From positions 38,425,703 to 38,489,702 of the forward strand of contig CP154954.1 in the NCBI GenBank assembly GCA_039621445.1: a stretch of DNA of 64,000 nt. Reading direction: 5' to 3'. The translations under genes were made by a program, and so were the position numbers. Source of the DNA: Euglena gracilis (Eukaryota). Below, in pieces: positions 1-12,139 of this stretch (its first letter is position 1; each line of letters begins with the position of its first letter). Under the pieces are notes generated by a model that was given only the letters and a program-made list of their open reading frames with translations, was not told where the DNA came from and did not search any database.

Positions 1-657
1 TCGGATGTGGAGCTACACTCCGCCAGGGGGCATTAGCCCTAGGGTTCGAGGCACTCGAAGTCCTCCATCCCTTGCCTCAGCTCCTGATGCTTGGCGATGG
101 CGTGCTTGATAGGGGTTGCTTGTCTTTGGTGTCACTGCTCGGCCGAAGCCGCAATGGTTTAATCGTGACACGTCAGGTGGGCAAACGCCGTTGAATCTAT
201 GGTTCGCCGGCCCTTACCCATCAGGCACGCCAGGGTCGAGCCTCTGGTTGCTGATTTCTACCTCGGCGCCATCGGAACTTCCCGCCATACGGCAACCATT
301 CCTTACCCCGCCTGGCAGCGCCGTATGCCATGGCTGGTTCAAATCCCGTGCACCCCCGGATCGGAGTTTAGCTCATCGGGACTCGAAGCCGCGCGTCCAG
401 AAGATGGTACCGATCGAAGCCGGCCCTCGGGATGTAAATTTGTGATGCTGGCGCCATGTCAACGTCCTCACCCGCCACCGACGGGGGCTCTGCGGGCGGT
501 GGTGCAGCAGGAGGGATGGACATTTGTGATGCTGGCGCCATGTCAATATCCTCACACGGAACAAATGGTGGGTCTGTAGGAGGTCCGGGGTTACTTTCAA
601 TGTCCCCGCAGCTGAGTAAAGACCGTCCTCGGCCCGCTCCCCCCGATGCTGCCAGTG

Positions 658-2350
658 TGAAAGATCCGGGCAGCATGCCCACAATGGCAATTGCTGGCAT
701 GCAGATGGCAGCTTCCGCAACACTGGCATTCTTCAACCTTCAGAACACAGAACTTACACACCCAGCAGACTTTGCATAATCTCCCCTTTGAATTTGCCAG
801 GCACTTGGGACACCCAATCCCAGGGGACTTTCCCAATTCTTCTTCCCCTTGGCGCGCAGCATAAGCCAAATGCACAAATACAGCAGAACACTCCTTCAAG
901 TCCAGTCCACAGCGCCACGCAAACAAGTCATGGGATTTGCCCTACCAGCAAAATGAATTAGGAACTTGTCTGCTGGAAATCCTTAATTCACCAATCTGTA
1001 ATGCCACATGTTGTAATGCCACAGGCTGGCATGCCAAAAGTTGCTGTGCAGCAAGGCCACTCACACTCCCCTCTCCGGGCGAGCTTTGCTGGGTCCAACT
1101 CCCAACAAAGCGAGTCAAAAAATTAAAAAGTGGCCTTGGTTGCAGTCACACCCATAAAATAAAAAAATAGAAATTTTAAATACGGTTCGAAGTGTTGCAC
1201 CTGTCTTGGGGCAAAGCTCCCTCAGGTGGACACTCCTACAGCAAACACACAGGCAGGCTGCAGAGGAAGGGCACCCACACCCCCTTGGAACCTCCTCCCC
1301 TGATGACCTCTTCTTTTTCAGGGGAAGACATCCCAAAGATGCCCCTTGGACCATCATGGGTGGAAACCTACCCTTCCACCCAAAATGGCCCAGAGAGTTG
1401 GGTGGGGTCCCAAGCAGGGGGTGAAATGGGCAAACTGGGGCATTTAAATTCTAGTTAATTTGGTCAACCGCGGCTCACCACAACCCACTGTCGAGCCATT
1501 TAATGAGATTTCCACCCAGCAAACACCCACCGCGGCATGGCCACATGCCCTCAGCGGCCATCTCCCACAGACATGTGTAATTTATTGGGTTTACTGCCCC
1601 AGAATTGGCCACAGACACAGCACGCGGCATGCCACAAACATCAGCCAAATACCTCGAATCTGACCTGTCCAGCTTGCCATTACTTCCCCTTCACTTTCTT
1701 CCTCCTCTCTCTTCTTCCCCTTGTTCTGGCTTTTCCTTCTGTCTGCACCCCCTTGTCGCACATCTCGATTGCATGTCTGAATTTGGAATCTCCATGTCCA
1801 AAATTGTCTTCAACACTTCTGTCCGAAACCTTCCCATGACCAAATCTGGCATTGCAATCTTCAGCATGACTGCCCAGATCATGCACTTTCTGAGCATCTT
1901 GGGCAGAGAACTTGTTTGTACAGGCTGGACTGACTTGTTTGTGAAAGATCCGGGCAGCATGCCCACAATGGCAATTGCTGGCATGCAGATGGCAGCTTCC
2001 GCAACACTGGCATTCTTCAACCTTCAGAACACAGAACTTGCACACCCAGCAGACTTTGCATAATCTCCCCTTTGAATTTGCCAGGCACTTGGGACACCCA
2101 ATCCCAGGGGGACTTTCCCAATTCTTCTTCCCCTTGGCGCGCAGCATAAGCCAAATGCACAAATACAGCAGAACACTCCTTCAAGTCCAGTCCACAGCGC
2201 CACGCAAACAAGTCATGGGATTTGCCCTACCAGCAAAATGAATTAGGAACTTCTCTGCTGGAAATCCTTAATTCACCAATCTGTAATGCCACATGTTGTA
2301 ATGCCACAGGCTGGCATGCCAAAAGTTGCTGTGCAGCAAGGCCACTCACA
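658..2350 (-). mobile_element. Mini LTR retroelement 1 (non-autonomous, TRIM-like, putatively self-priming)
   Basis: Near-identical direct repeats at 658-1065 and 1942-2350 read TGTGAGTGG...TTCA on the minus strand. The 4-bp TSD AGTG is at 654-657 and 2351-2354. A PPT (GGAGAGGGGAG, minus) is at 1066-1076. The 11-nt PBS at 1931-1941 is complementary to LTR positions 2205-2215. No gag/pol. Confidence 0.9.
1590..2162 (-). pseudogene. Small Cys-rich/Arg-rich ORF of LTR element 1, with in-frame stops
   Basis: ORF 1680..2162 (CPKC..CKVCWVCKFC..KGVQTEGKARTRGRRERRK) continues past stops as WQAGQVRFE..GQFWG, matching the ORF of LTR element 2. Confidence 0.55.
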
Positions 2351-2656
2351 AGTGTAGGCTGTGTCCTGTATTTCGCAGGAGTGTAAGGCACAAGCACTTT
2401 TCTTTGTTTGGCCGACGTTGGGTGGTCTTTTCCGGTCAGCGGAGAGGTAACCTGGGGGTTGTCAAATTCATATTGCTGAGGGAAGGTTGAAGGCCAGCAG
2501 AATCTGGCAGAACTGGCTGGCTGCGGGGCCACTGTTGCAGACCAAAAAGTGGATGTGCTGTCTGGCTGGGTGGCCACTGTTGCAGGCCAAAATGTGGAGG
2601 AACGTGGTTCGCCAGTTCGTCGGGGGCTTTTCAAGCTGAGAGCAAAAATGGTGGCA

Positions 2657-3392
2657 GGGGGGGCCTTTGAAGGCCCATGGCCTTTGCAGGCCACTGGGAC
2701 AAAATGCTGCAACAGGACCAAAAGGTGTCACAGGGGGGCCTTTGCAGGCCCAGGGTCTTTGCAGGCCACTGGAGCAAAATGGCGTTGGAAGGGGGCCTTT
2801 GCAGGCCCATGGCCTTTAGGCCACTGGGGCAAAATGGTGCAACAGATCGAAATGGTTTCACAGGGGGGCCTTTGCAGGCCCAGTGACTTTGCAGGACACT
2901 GGGGTGAAACGGTGTCACTGAGGGGTTGAGGTGGCAAAATGTTTTTCAATTTCAAGTCAAACTGCTGCAAAAAGTGTCATTGAGGGGTTGGGGTGGCAAA
3001 ATGTTTGTCAATGTCAAGTCAAAACTGCTGCAAAATGTGTCACAGCTTTTGGTGTAACATGTGCTGTGAAAACTGGGGGTTTGCCACTTCAATTGATCAA
3101 AGGTTTGGGATGCAATGCAGAACACAGAAAATAAGACCTTGGAGCTGAAAGTAGCACTTAATGGTTGGCAGATGGGGGGCCTTTGCAGGCCCAAAGGGGG
3201 GGCCTTTGGAAGCCCAAGATGAGGGGCCTTTGCAGGCCCAAATGGAGGTGCCTTTGAAGGCCCAAAGGCGGGGGGGGGCTTTTCAGGCCCACTGGCTGGA
3301 CGGGCCTTGTCAGGCCCTGTAGCAGATGGGGCCTTTTCAGGCCCAGGGCCTTTTCAGGCCAGTGGTGGTGTTGAGGGGGCGTTTTCAGGCCT
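2657..3392. repeat. Dispersed array of the short hairpin motif GGGCCT-TTGC-AGGCCC
   Basis: More than a dozen variants of gggcctttgcaggccc in two clusters (about 2657-2890 and 3175-3392), upstream of and overlapping the start of the 2A ORF. Confidence 0.85.
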
Positions 3393-3427
3393 TTTTTTTG
3401 CTAGAATTAAGAGGACCAGAAAGCGAG

Positions 3428-3478
3428 AACGGTGGTGGGGCGAACCGAATCCACCGACCAGTGGCACAGCCTACTGGA
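3428..3478. repeat. 51-bp double-hairpin motif, copy 1
   Basis: aacggtggtggggcgaaccgaatccaccgaccagtggcacagcctactgga is identical to 13882-13932. Stems are cggtgg/ccaccg and ccagtggc/gcctactgg. Confidence 0.9.
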
Positions 3479-3552
3479 GTTGAAGGTCCGCAGGCGGTTA
3501 TGATAATTAATTTAATTTTTTATTTTAATTGTAATTTAATATTTTTTTTTTA

Positions 3553-4419
<867 letters not shown>

Positions 4420-5082
4420 TGTCGTCTTTTTGATCTTTGTCGGTCATAACTAACGCGGGTGATTGGTGGTGCCTGAAATTACATGGTGCCAGGATGGGCC
4501 AGCATGGTGGGCCAAATCCTGTTTTGTCTTCTTGCGTGAAGATGAAGTGTTTTCAGACCAGGCTTTTGTGACTCATCGTTTCTGGGATACGATGAGAATC
4601 CTGTGCAATGCAAATGCAAGCTGTTTGTTGTGACAGAGCTCTTTGTGTCCCAAGCCTTGTTTTCCCGATGTTGTTGGTCATGGCTGGAAGAGGTCCTGGG
4701 TGGCCAGTGGACCGCAAAGTGCAAAGTACATAGAGCAAGGGTGATGGGCCGGCGATGGGGGGACTGGAGGAGCTGAGGAAGTATTCTCAGACCGGTTTTT
4801 TTGTGCGTAATATGTTGGATTTCTGATCTTTGTCGGTTCTGGCTGCTGTCCCAAATTGTGGTATGTTGCTTACATACTATACTGCTGTTCATCATTGTGA
4901 TGGGACGGTCTCAGCAGTAGCCTTTGATTTTCAGCAGCCTGCGGGAAACATTCTTTGTGTCCTCCTGCAGGTTGTGCTTTAGTCCAGATTATAAGGTTGA
5001 TGCGCCAGAACAGGACTTTGCATATCTTCAGATCCCAGGCATTGAGCCCACGACAGTTGTCGACACACTTCTCGGGCCAACA

Positions 5083-6369
5083 TGTGAGTGGTCCAGGTGC
5101 ATTTTTATGGTCACCATGTAATCACAGGCTGAAGCCTAATTCAAACAGGCAGATCGTGATTCACAGAAAAAATGATGGCGCTGTCTGTAGGTAGCTGTCA
5201 ACATACACTGTTCACTCTATTGTCTGGGATTACTTTCCTGAGAGTGTATTTGTTTGATTTTGTCTGCGGCGCAAGTTTATTTCAAGTTTGGTCATTGCTG
5301 CTGGAAGTGGGATTTTGGGAAAGAGATTTCAGTGAAAGGGATGTCAAGTAAAGGAAGGGGCTCCAGAAGTCAGGTCCGTGGTAAGGGGACCTCGGACATT
5401 CATGAACAGTGTATCAGGACAGTGTCCCAGTCCAGTTCGAACAGGGGACGCCATCGAGATGTACAGCCAGATTTGGTGAGATGTCGTTCAGTTGCCTGCC
5501 AGACAGATTCTCTGAGACTGGAATCCGTGGCTTGCCAGACATTTTGCAAAAGGCGGACAAGGGCCAGACGGCTACAGCGGAGATGGCTCGACCACCAAAA
5601 AAGATTTGAAGGTTTGAAGATTGATGGACAAAATTGGGGACCAGATTGGACATTGCAAAGTGATTGTGATTGGTAATTACAATTTGCTGCAACTTTGATT
5701 GTGGTCGGCTGCTGGGTGTTTGTCTTTGACTGTGGCCTGACGCCGCGGTACTGTGTGTACACCTGTGGATCGGCTGCGAAAGAATTTATCCGATGTGGCC
5801 TGATGTCGCAGAAGTGTGCTGCAATTTGGCTGCTGATCATTCATTCGCTGTAACATAGTCACTCAGATCGTGTCACCCCTGTGTGCTGTGTAGTGTGTCG
5901 GTGGCAGGTGTGAAGGCAATCACCCAGGACAGTACCATTGCAATTTCAAATGGACCACTTTTTTGCCTGGCTCCCCCAAAAATTTCGATGCACCTGGCCC
6001 AAATTGGAGTCAGGTCAGATTGCCGAGGGCAATCTCTTGAGCAGGGGGGTGGGAGTGGTCCAGGTGCATTTTTATGGTCACCATGAAATCACAGGCTGAA
6101 GCCTAATTCAAACAGGCAGATCCTAATTCACAGAAAAAATGATGGTGCTGTCTGTAGGTGGCTGTCAACATACACTGTTCACTCTGTTGTCTGGGATTAC
6201 TTTCCTGAGAGTGTATTTGTTTGATTTTGTCTGCGGCGCAAGTTTATTTCAAGTTTGGTCATTGCTGCTGGAAGTGGGATTTTGGGAAAGAGATTTCAGT
6301 GAAAGGGATGTCAAGTAAAGGAAGGGGCTCCAGAAGTCAGGTCCGTTGTAAGGGGACCTCGGACATTCA
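5083..6369 (+). mobile_element. Mini LTR retroelement 2 (non-autonomous, TRIM-like, putatively self-priming)
   Basis: 320-bp LTRs at 5083-5402 and 6050-6369 (TGTGAGTGG/TGGGAGTGG...TTCA). The 4-bp TSD AACA is at 5079-5082 and 6370-6373; the empty site gggccaacacaatgc is visible in the sister repeats. A purine tract gagcagggggg is at 6039-6049. The PBS tgaacagtgtat (5403-5414) is complementary to 5203-5214. Confidence 0.92.
5254..5676 (+). CDS. Small basic ORF of LTR element 2
   Basis: Open frame from the 5' LTR into the internal region. SVACQT occurs twice, followed by KRRTRARR, WLDHQKRFE and GQNWG, shared with the element 1 ORF. The start codon is uncertain. Confidence 0.5.
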   Translation: MILSAAQVYFKFGHCCWKWDFGKEISVKGMSSKGRGSRSQVRGKGTSDIHEQCIRTVSQSSSNRGRHRDVQPDLVRCRSVACQTDSLRLESVACQTFCKRRTRARRLQRRWLDHQKRFEGLKIDGQNWGPDWTLQSDCDW

Positions 6370-8007
6370 AACACAATGCTTAGTCCTACTCTGCTTCGCA
6401 GGATCTTCTTTCCCAGGGCTCCTTCTGCCCCAGGATGGCTCGGATGCAGGTCCCCAAAAAGATTCTGCCTTCATCTCCAATGCCACCACGTGGAGTTACG
6501 GGTTCAATATATATGCGTAATGTACAAAGCCGTGTCACAGGGTAAGAGGGCCGTTGTCGATCTTTTTTGTGTCTCATGTGCCATATTTCCGATCTTTGTG
6601 GTCATAACTAACGCGGGTGATTGGTGGTGCCTCAAATTTCATGGTGCCAGGATGGGCCAGCATGGTGCTCCAAATCCTGTTTTGTCTTCTTGCGTGAAGA
6701 TGAAGTGTTTTCAGACCAGGCTTTTGTGACTCATCGTTTCTGGGATACGATGAGAATCGTGTGCAATGCAAATGCAAGCTGTTTGTTGTGACAGATCTCT
6801 TTGTGTCCCAAGCCTTGTTTTCCGGATGTTGTTGGTCATGGCTGGAAGAGTCCTGGGTGGCCAGTGGACCGCAAAGTGCAAAGTACATAGAGCAAGGGTG
6901 ATGGGCCGGCGATGGGGGGACTGGAGGAGCTGAGGAAGTATTCTCAGACCGGTTTTTTGTGTGTCATATGCTGGATTTCCGATCTTTGTCGGTTCTGGCT
7001 GCTGTCCCAAATTGTGGTATGTTGCTTACATACTATACTGCTGTTCATCATTGTGATGGGACGGTCTCAGCAGTAGCCTTTGATTTTCAGCAGCCTGCGG
7101 GAAACATTCTTTGTGTCCTCCTGCAGGTTGTGCTTTAGTCCAGATTATAAGGTTGATGCGCCAGAACAGGACTTTGCATATCTTCAGATCCCAGGCATTG
7201 AGCCCACAACAGTTGTCGACCCACTTCTCGGGCCAACACAATGCTTAGTCCTTGCCAGCACTCTGCTTCGCAGGATCTTCTTTCCCAGGGCTCCTTCTGC
7301 CCCAGGATGGCTCGGATGCAGGTCCCCAAAAAGATTCTGTCTTCATCTCCAAGGCCACCACGTGGAGTTACGGGTTCAATATATGTGCGTAATGTACAAA
7401 GCCGTGTCACAGGGTAAGGGGGCCGTTGTCGATCTTTTTTGTGTCTCATGTGCCATATTTCCGATCTTTGTGGTCATAACTAACGCGGGTGATTGGTGGT
7501 GCCTCAGATTACATGGTGCTAGGATGGGCTAGCATGGTGGGCCAGATCCTGTTTTGTCTTGTTGCGTGAAGATGAAGTGTTTTCAGACCAGGCTTTTGTG
7601 ACTCATCGTTTCTGGGATACGATGAGAATCGTGTGCAATGCAAATGCAAGCTGTTTGTTGTGACAGAGCTCTTTGTGTCCCAAGCCTTGTTTTCCCGATG
7701 TTGTTGGTCATGGCTGGAAGAGGTCCTGGGTGGCCAGTGGACCGCAAAGTGCAAAGTACATAGAGCAAGGGTGATGGGCCGGCGATGGGGGGACTGGAGG
7801 AGCTGAGGAAGCATTCTCAGACCGGTTTTTTGTGCGTCATATGCTGGATTTCCGATCTTTGTCGGTGCTGGCTGCTGTCCCAAATTGTGGTATGTTGCTT
7901 ACATACTATACTGCTGTTCATCATTGTGATGGGACGGTCTCAGCATTAGCCTTTGATTTTCAGCAGCCTGCGGGAAACATTCTTTGTGTCCTCCTGCAGG
8001 TTGTGCT

Positions 8008-11000
8008 TTAGTCCAGATTATAAGGTTGATGCGCCAGAACAGGACTTTGCATATCTTCAGATCCCAGGCATTGAGCCCACGACAGTTGTCGACCCACTTC
8101 TCGGGCCAACACAATGCTTTGTCCTTGCCAGCACTCTGCTTCGCAGGATCTTCTGTCCCAGGGCTCCTTCTGACCCAGGATGGCTCGGATGCAGGTCCCC
8201 AAAAAGATTCTGCCTTCATCACCAATGCCACCAAAATAATCCAGGACCAGGGGCACAAGTGACCATCCCAGCCTGCTGCATACATCTTTGTACTTTGTCA
8301 CTTTTTCTTTCTCCTGTCTTTCATGCCAGCGTTCCCAACTTTGATCAGTCACTGGGTGGGACGGCGCCAGTGGATGCCGCACTGAGACATCTATTGCAGC
8401 CGGGCCGTTTGCATCGAACCTAGTGATGAAAACATCCCCAGGTCGTCTTCCATCTCCAGTGCCCTCTTCACGCCGAGCAGTATAGCCTGCCGCCTGTGCC
8501 AGCTGCAGGATGAAGTTTTGAATTCCTGCATGTCGCCGTGCCAAATTGTTTTTTTGTGCAACAAACCAGGTGATTCCCTTGATCATCCATCACTGTCTCA
8601 CATCGTGGACACTTTGCCTCCAAACCTTCGTGTGGAGCTACAACAGTCATCCCAGAGTCCATTGTAGAACTGCTCGGAATTCACCTGGGGGCATCAATGT
8701 CTTTTTTGCTGCACAAGGGTTTGCTGCCACCCACGCCAATGCATGAGGTTTCTGTTGGCTCAAAATACGCACCTTGTCAGCCCCGGTGGAATGCGTTACC
8801 AAGTCAGCTCCTCGTTTCTCAGAGAGCTTGTCGTTCCAGAATTTCTGGGAACTTTCCACTTTCCCCAGGTGAGGAATCCGATTGGAGTCCTGTAGTATCA
8901 AAGTTGTCAAATGACTCTCCCCCGTGATTTGTTCGACTGTGCGACCTGTCAGAACGAAGTCTGATGGTAATAGCTCAAGTTCTTTCGGGAACGAGACACT
9001 GTGTTCTGCTCTTTTGCAGAAATCCAAAATAGCAGCCCATCTGGCCACTGGCCTGGTCTTTATTGCATCGTGCAGTCCCAGGCCTCCCAGTCGAATGGGG
9101 ATGGTGGATTGCTCCCATCGAGCTTTTCAGTGAGCTGTCTTCGTGCAATATTGCTCAAACTGTCACGGACCAGGGCAGAGAAGAGCCGTACCATATCTTC
9201 AGAAGAGTTCAAGCGTTGTTCCTCGTAGAAGATCATTTACTTTGCAGCTGGCAATGCACTGGCGCAACAGGTGGAAACGAATGTGGCCGGAAGGAATGAA
9301 CTGCAGCAAGTAGCACAATTTTTCACAAGCTTTCAATCTGTCCTGCCAAATGGATCGCGCAAACGTGTCATCTCCCGGGTACGTCACAGGTATCCCCAGG
9401 GCTTTGATTCCAGATCCCTCCACAAAGGATGTTGCCGGTATTCGTTGCAACACACTGCTTCCCTGTGGCAATCTGCGAAAGGAATCATTGACGGCTGGGC
9501 CCCACAGCCGACATTTGTCCATGTTCAGACTGACCCCAATCGCAGGACCGTCTGCCAAAAGCATGCGCACCACACGATCCAGCTGTTCCATGGATCCAAT
9601 TAGATGGCAGTCGTCCAGGTACCAGCACTGCCATGGCACCATTTCTGCAATTTTGTTGACCAAAGGTTGCACCGCAATGCAGAAAAGAGCCGGGCCACAA
9701 GGGTCCCCTTGTTGAACTCCCGTTTTGGACCTCAGGCTTGTGTTTCCACAATACAAAGGGGAATGTGAACCATGGCATGATTCAGTCCAAGCTGTCATGT
9801 GTGGTACCTGCTGTCGCACTTGATGTAACATGGGTTCCCGTTTCAATTGATTGAAGGCGTTTGCAAAATCCAGCTGCAGAACAGCCCATTCTGTTTTCCC
9901 TGCCTTTTGCAGTCCTTGAACAATTTGTTGCAGTGCAATACTGGTGAGAGCACAAGCGTCAGAATGGCCTACACCGACTTGCCCAGGCAGCCCGTCAATC
10001 AGAGTGTTTCGTACAGTGGCTTCTTTTAACAGAACTTTGGCAAGCAACCGTCTTAAAACTTCTCCTGCCGCAATTGGCCTGGTTCCTTCGTGTTGCAAAT
10101 CGTTGTCCGTATGCAGCATCACATTACCGGCAGCATCTGTTTGTGGTTTCTTCTTTCTCAACGGCGTCAGTCGTGCTCCTGCCAAGATGGACCCCATTTC
10201 CAAAGGCAGTCCTTGTTGGATTGCCGAGAAGACAAAGGCGGAGATTTCTTCCAGTAAATCATCACCACAGCCCGCAGCCTGTGCGGAGATCAATGTTTTG
10301 AGATGGTCAGCCCGCTCGGTCCTCCTGCTGTTTCGTTTTTGAAGGACAGGATGGCCCGTCTCACGGCCTTTTTCATGTGGGCGTCTCCTTCTTGTCCCTC
10401 AGGGACTGGCAGGCGCACTCTTCCGTCGGGGGGCCCTTTCCCGGGCGGATCTTCTGATGGGTGAAGCAGACGTAAACGCTCACGAATTTTTGCATCATTT
10501 GCATCTTGGACTCCGTCTGACAACATTGCCTGACGCGCCTTTGCCGTTGCCCCTCTTTCCACCAGTTTCTGCATTCTGTTGAGAAAGGCTTCTTGTTGGA
10601 TTTCCTCCTCTTTACTTTTTGCTGATCGGGTTTTGACGCTGGATCCGAAATTCGCTTCCGACGGCCTGGACGACTCCCAGCATTCATGGACGTCTTTTTC
10701 CAGGTACGCCTTGGCTCTGGTACACAGCAGCCGCCCAATTCTGGCCCAGTGGGATCGTCCACCCTGACCAGTGCTTGCCAGGACTGCCTTTGGAAAACAC
10801 CACAAAGAGTGAAAGGCCTCCCAAGAGCCTTCTTGTCGTAATCGTCTGAACAAGAGGGTCAGGGTTCGTGCCACTTCCCCCAGCGCTCCTCTGGGGATCA
10901 ATGTCAACGTGGTCCTCGGTCATGTGCAATGTCATCCCATGCAGGGCGCAAACCTTTGGGACACGGTCCTTGTAAGGTGTGACACCCCCCCAAGTCCACT

Positions 11001-11959
11001 TCCATGCTGCCTTCCATAGGCCCCGGATTCTGCTCCACATCACCATGGGTCAGAACACCTTCTTCCCGCCCAGTTTTCCCATGGCCACGTGCTTTTCTTT
11101 TGTGAGCTTCAGATTCCTTCCTGGGGCCCGGGTTCAGGGGGACATCACCGCTGAAAGCCACACCTTCCCTGCCTGTGGCTAGGTGTTCTTCTGGCACCTG
11201 CAGCAATGTGTTTCCCGGGCCGCAAAGAATGTCTTGTAATTCTGCACAATGCTGTACGTGGGACAAGCACCACCCAGAATTTATTCTTTGCCTTGACCAC
11301 CCACACAGGGTGCACTGTACCCAGAAGGCTTCTCTTTCCTGAAAGAGAGGTGACGTCCCGTCTGGTCCTTTTGCAGGCTCCTCATCCGCCCGTATTTTGA
11401 ACATGTCTTGTACTTGTTGTTCCACCAAGACATGCAGGAGATCACATTCACCACACGGGCCCGCCGTTGGTCCAGGCAGGGGGTTGATGTCACCAGAAAA
11501 AAGCAGCCCCCAAGAGCCCTTGGCCGGGATGTCACGATTTCGTCCCATCTGTTGCCATTGGTCCACGACTTTGGTCAATTTACGTGCCGCCCGCTCGTGG
11601 ACCAGCGTGCCCCCCTGCTGCCGTCGCTCCTGCCGCTGATGCAGGAATTTTTTCTTCCAGCTGCTGAAAGAGGTTTCCTGCAGTGGAGCATTTTCCGGGG
11701 AATTGGGCGGACCAGACCTCGGCTCCCGGCATTTTTCGTCAAACATGACGCCCGTTGGGTTTAACCACTGGCCTTCCACTTTCCAAATCTCTGTGTCAAA
11801 GACAGAGAAAATTTTGTATGGGCCTCCTGGTGCTGGCCGTCTTTTTTCTTGCACCGCCGGTTTTTTCTCCCTTGTGGGGGTACCTTTTTCCATCACTGGG
11901 GTTTGGGATTCCCTTTGTCCTTGCTCAGGCCCGAATTCCAGGGCAAGGGGGGTAATCAA
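8008..11959 (-). pseudogene. CRE polyprotein: 2A region, reverse transcriptase, CCHC knuckle and restriction-like endonuclease (several frameshifts)
   Basis: RT motifs ARLTPLRK, RPIAAGEVLRRL, QVGVG, LDFANAFN, GVQQGDPCGP, YLDD, LNMDKC and ALGIP. Then CPRC..DDQGNHLVCC, and RLE motifs RRH..E..RPGD..IDVSV..K..KY..PLVLDYFGG. Confidence 0.93.
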
Positions 11960-12139
11960 CTCATGGCCGAGTTTTTCTCCAACTGCAGTTGGGGGGGGGA
12001 TATCTTCCCCTCTCCTGGACTTTTGCTGCAGAAAATCTTGGGGGGGTCTTCAGCACGCACTGAGCCACACAATGGGAATGTTTCTTCTCCCTGTGTGTGG
12101 TCCGCTTCTTCATTTTTTGCTACTGTTCTTTCCTTTCTT

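Larger units (their letters stand above)
368..2721 (-). pseudogene. 2A-peptide-containing ORF, probably the N-terminal part of a second non-LTR element, split by LTR element 1
   Basis: Removing 658-2350 and one AGTG copy joins ORF 2227..2721 (..YRTQPTL) in frame to ORF 368..736 (LAASGGAGRGRSLLSCGDIESNPGP). Canonical GDIESNPGP lies at 581-607 and is followed by two EDxDMAPASQ repeats. Confidence 0.7.
4430..8231 (-). repeat. About three tandem ~870-bp copies of the CRE ORF end plus 3' UTR
   Basis: Units at about 8231-7360 and 7359-6488, plus a third (6487-6370 joined to 5082-4430) split by LTR element 2. Each unit restarts at the GGIGDEGRIFL codons. Confidence 0.9.

Noticed and set aside
1-430. 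Coding region at the window start
   Set aside because: No recognisable domain in any frame, and it is truncated by the window edge.
3428-3478. tRNA or HDV/hammerhead ribozyme call for the 51-mer
   Set aside because: It has a GGTTCG-like stretch but no cloverleaf, and I could not place the catalytic cores by eye.
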